From Mobula hypostoma (lineage: Eukaryota), in the NCBI RefSeq assembly GCF_963921235.1, contig NC_086109.1, positions 4,032,001 to 4,096,000 of the forward strand: a DNA stretch of 64,000 nt, in the 5' to 3' direction. Within the stretch, counting starts at the first letter, position 1. Every line of letters begins with the position of its first letter. This document shows positions 62,680 to 64,000 of this stretch, in pieces. Made by a program: the position numbers and the translations under genes. The notes below the pieces were generated by a model. The model was not told the origin of the DNA. It saw nothing but the letters and a program-made list of their open reading frames with translations, and did not search any database.

Positions 62680-64000
62680 TGGTTAAAGTGAACGTAGGTT
62701 CCTTGGAGGACAAGAAGGGGGATTTGATATTGGGTAATGAGGAAATGGCCAAGGCCTTGAATAACTATTTTGTGTCGGTCTTCACGGTTGAGGACACGTC
62801 TAACATGCCAAAGAGAGATGTTATGGATGCAATGGGAGGTGAGGGCCTTGATACAATGCCTATCACTAAAGAGGTAGTGCTGTGCAAACTTGTGGGCCTG
62901 AAGATAGACAGGTCCCCTGGTCCTAATGGAATGCATCCCAGGGTACTGAAAGAAATGGCAGAAGTTATAGTAGAGGCTTTGGTGATAATTTACAAAAATT
63001 TTCTGGACTCGGGGTAGGTCCTAATGGATTGGAAGACGGCGAATGTCACACCACTGTTCAAAAAAGGATGAGGGTAAAAGGCAGGTAACTATAGGTCAGT
63101 TAGTTTAACATCTGTAGTTGGGAAAATGCTTGAAGCTATCACTAAAGAAGAAAAAGCAAATCATCTGGAAAGAAATGGATCCATCAGGCAGACGCAGCAT
63201 GGATTCAGCAAAGGCAGGTCCTGTTTGACAAACTTACTGGAATTCTTTCAGGATATAACGAGTGCAGTGGATAGAGGGGAACAGATGGATGTTATTTATT
63301 TGGACTTCCAGAAGGCTTTCGTTAAGGTGCTGCATAAAAGACTTATCCATAAGATAAGGATGCATAGAGTTGGGAGTGATGTATTAACATGGATAGAGGA
63401 TTGGTTAACTAATAGAAAGCAGAGAGGTGGGATACATGGGTGTTACTCTGGCTGGCAATCAGTGGTGAGTGGTGTGTTGCAGAGGTCAGTGCTGGGCCCA
63501 CAACTGTTCACGATATACATTAACGATCTGGAAGAGTGTAGATTATCCAAGTTTGCTGATGACACTAATTTGAGTGGAAAAGCAAATTGTACAGTAGATA
63601 CTGAGAGTCTGCAGAGATATATAGATAGGTTAAGTGAATAGGCAAGGGTCGGGCAGATGGAATACAATGTTGGTAAATGCAAGGTCATCCACTTTGGAAG
63701 GAAAAATGGAAGATCAGATTATTATTTAAATGGTTAAAAATTGTAGCATGCTGCTGTGCAAAGGGACTTGGGAGTTTTTGAGCATGAATCACAAATGGTG
63801 GGTTTGCAGGTGCAGCAGGTTATCAAGAAGGCAAATGGAATGTTGGCCTTCATTGCCAGAGAGATTGAATTTAAGAGCAGGAAGGTTATGTTGCAATTGT
63901 ACAGGGTACTGGTGAGGCCACAATTGGAATGCTGCATGCAGTTCTGGTCTCCTTACTTGAGGAGGGATATACTGGCTTTGGAGGCAGTACAAAGGAAGTT
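62680..64000 (+). mobile_element. CR1 LINE ORF2 pseudogene, right part (runs off window)
   Basis: SPGPNGMHPRVLKE, QHGFSKGRSCLTNLLEFF, YLDFQKAF, KFADDT; several stops. Confidence 0.94.

Overview
Eukaryotic, transposon-dominated DNA, most likely intronic or intergenic sequence from a cartilaginous fish (inferred from the mix of CR1, Rex/Babar, RTE, R4/Dong and Penelope-like retroelements plus V-SINE/HE1-like SINEs). No host gene could be identified; one 159-bp minus-strand candidate exon lies at 53786-53944. Most long ORFs are retroelement RT fragments or artefacts of simple repeats. The most notable system is a Penelope-like element (PLE) family. A young, 5'-truncated copy (60116-62679; RT + GIY-YIG; one in-frame stop) sits inside a CR1 LINE with a perfect 12-bp target-site duplication (TSD) and carries a minimal hammerhead ribozyme motif near its 3' end. 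The same motif recurs twice in an inverted PLE-end insertion (9072-9947) and in decayed copies elsewhere. Also present: two solo LTRs, an IR/DR-type Tc1 relic, an internally deleted Tigger/pogo element that retains an in-frame ORF, several nested insertions, a CpG-rich 53-bp minisatellite and a 2.3-kb 29/31-bp satellite with higher-order structure. Family names come from recognised motifs, not database searches, and boundaries without TSDs are approximate.
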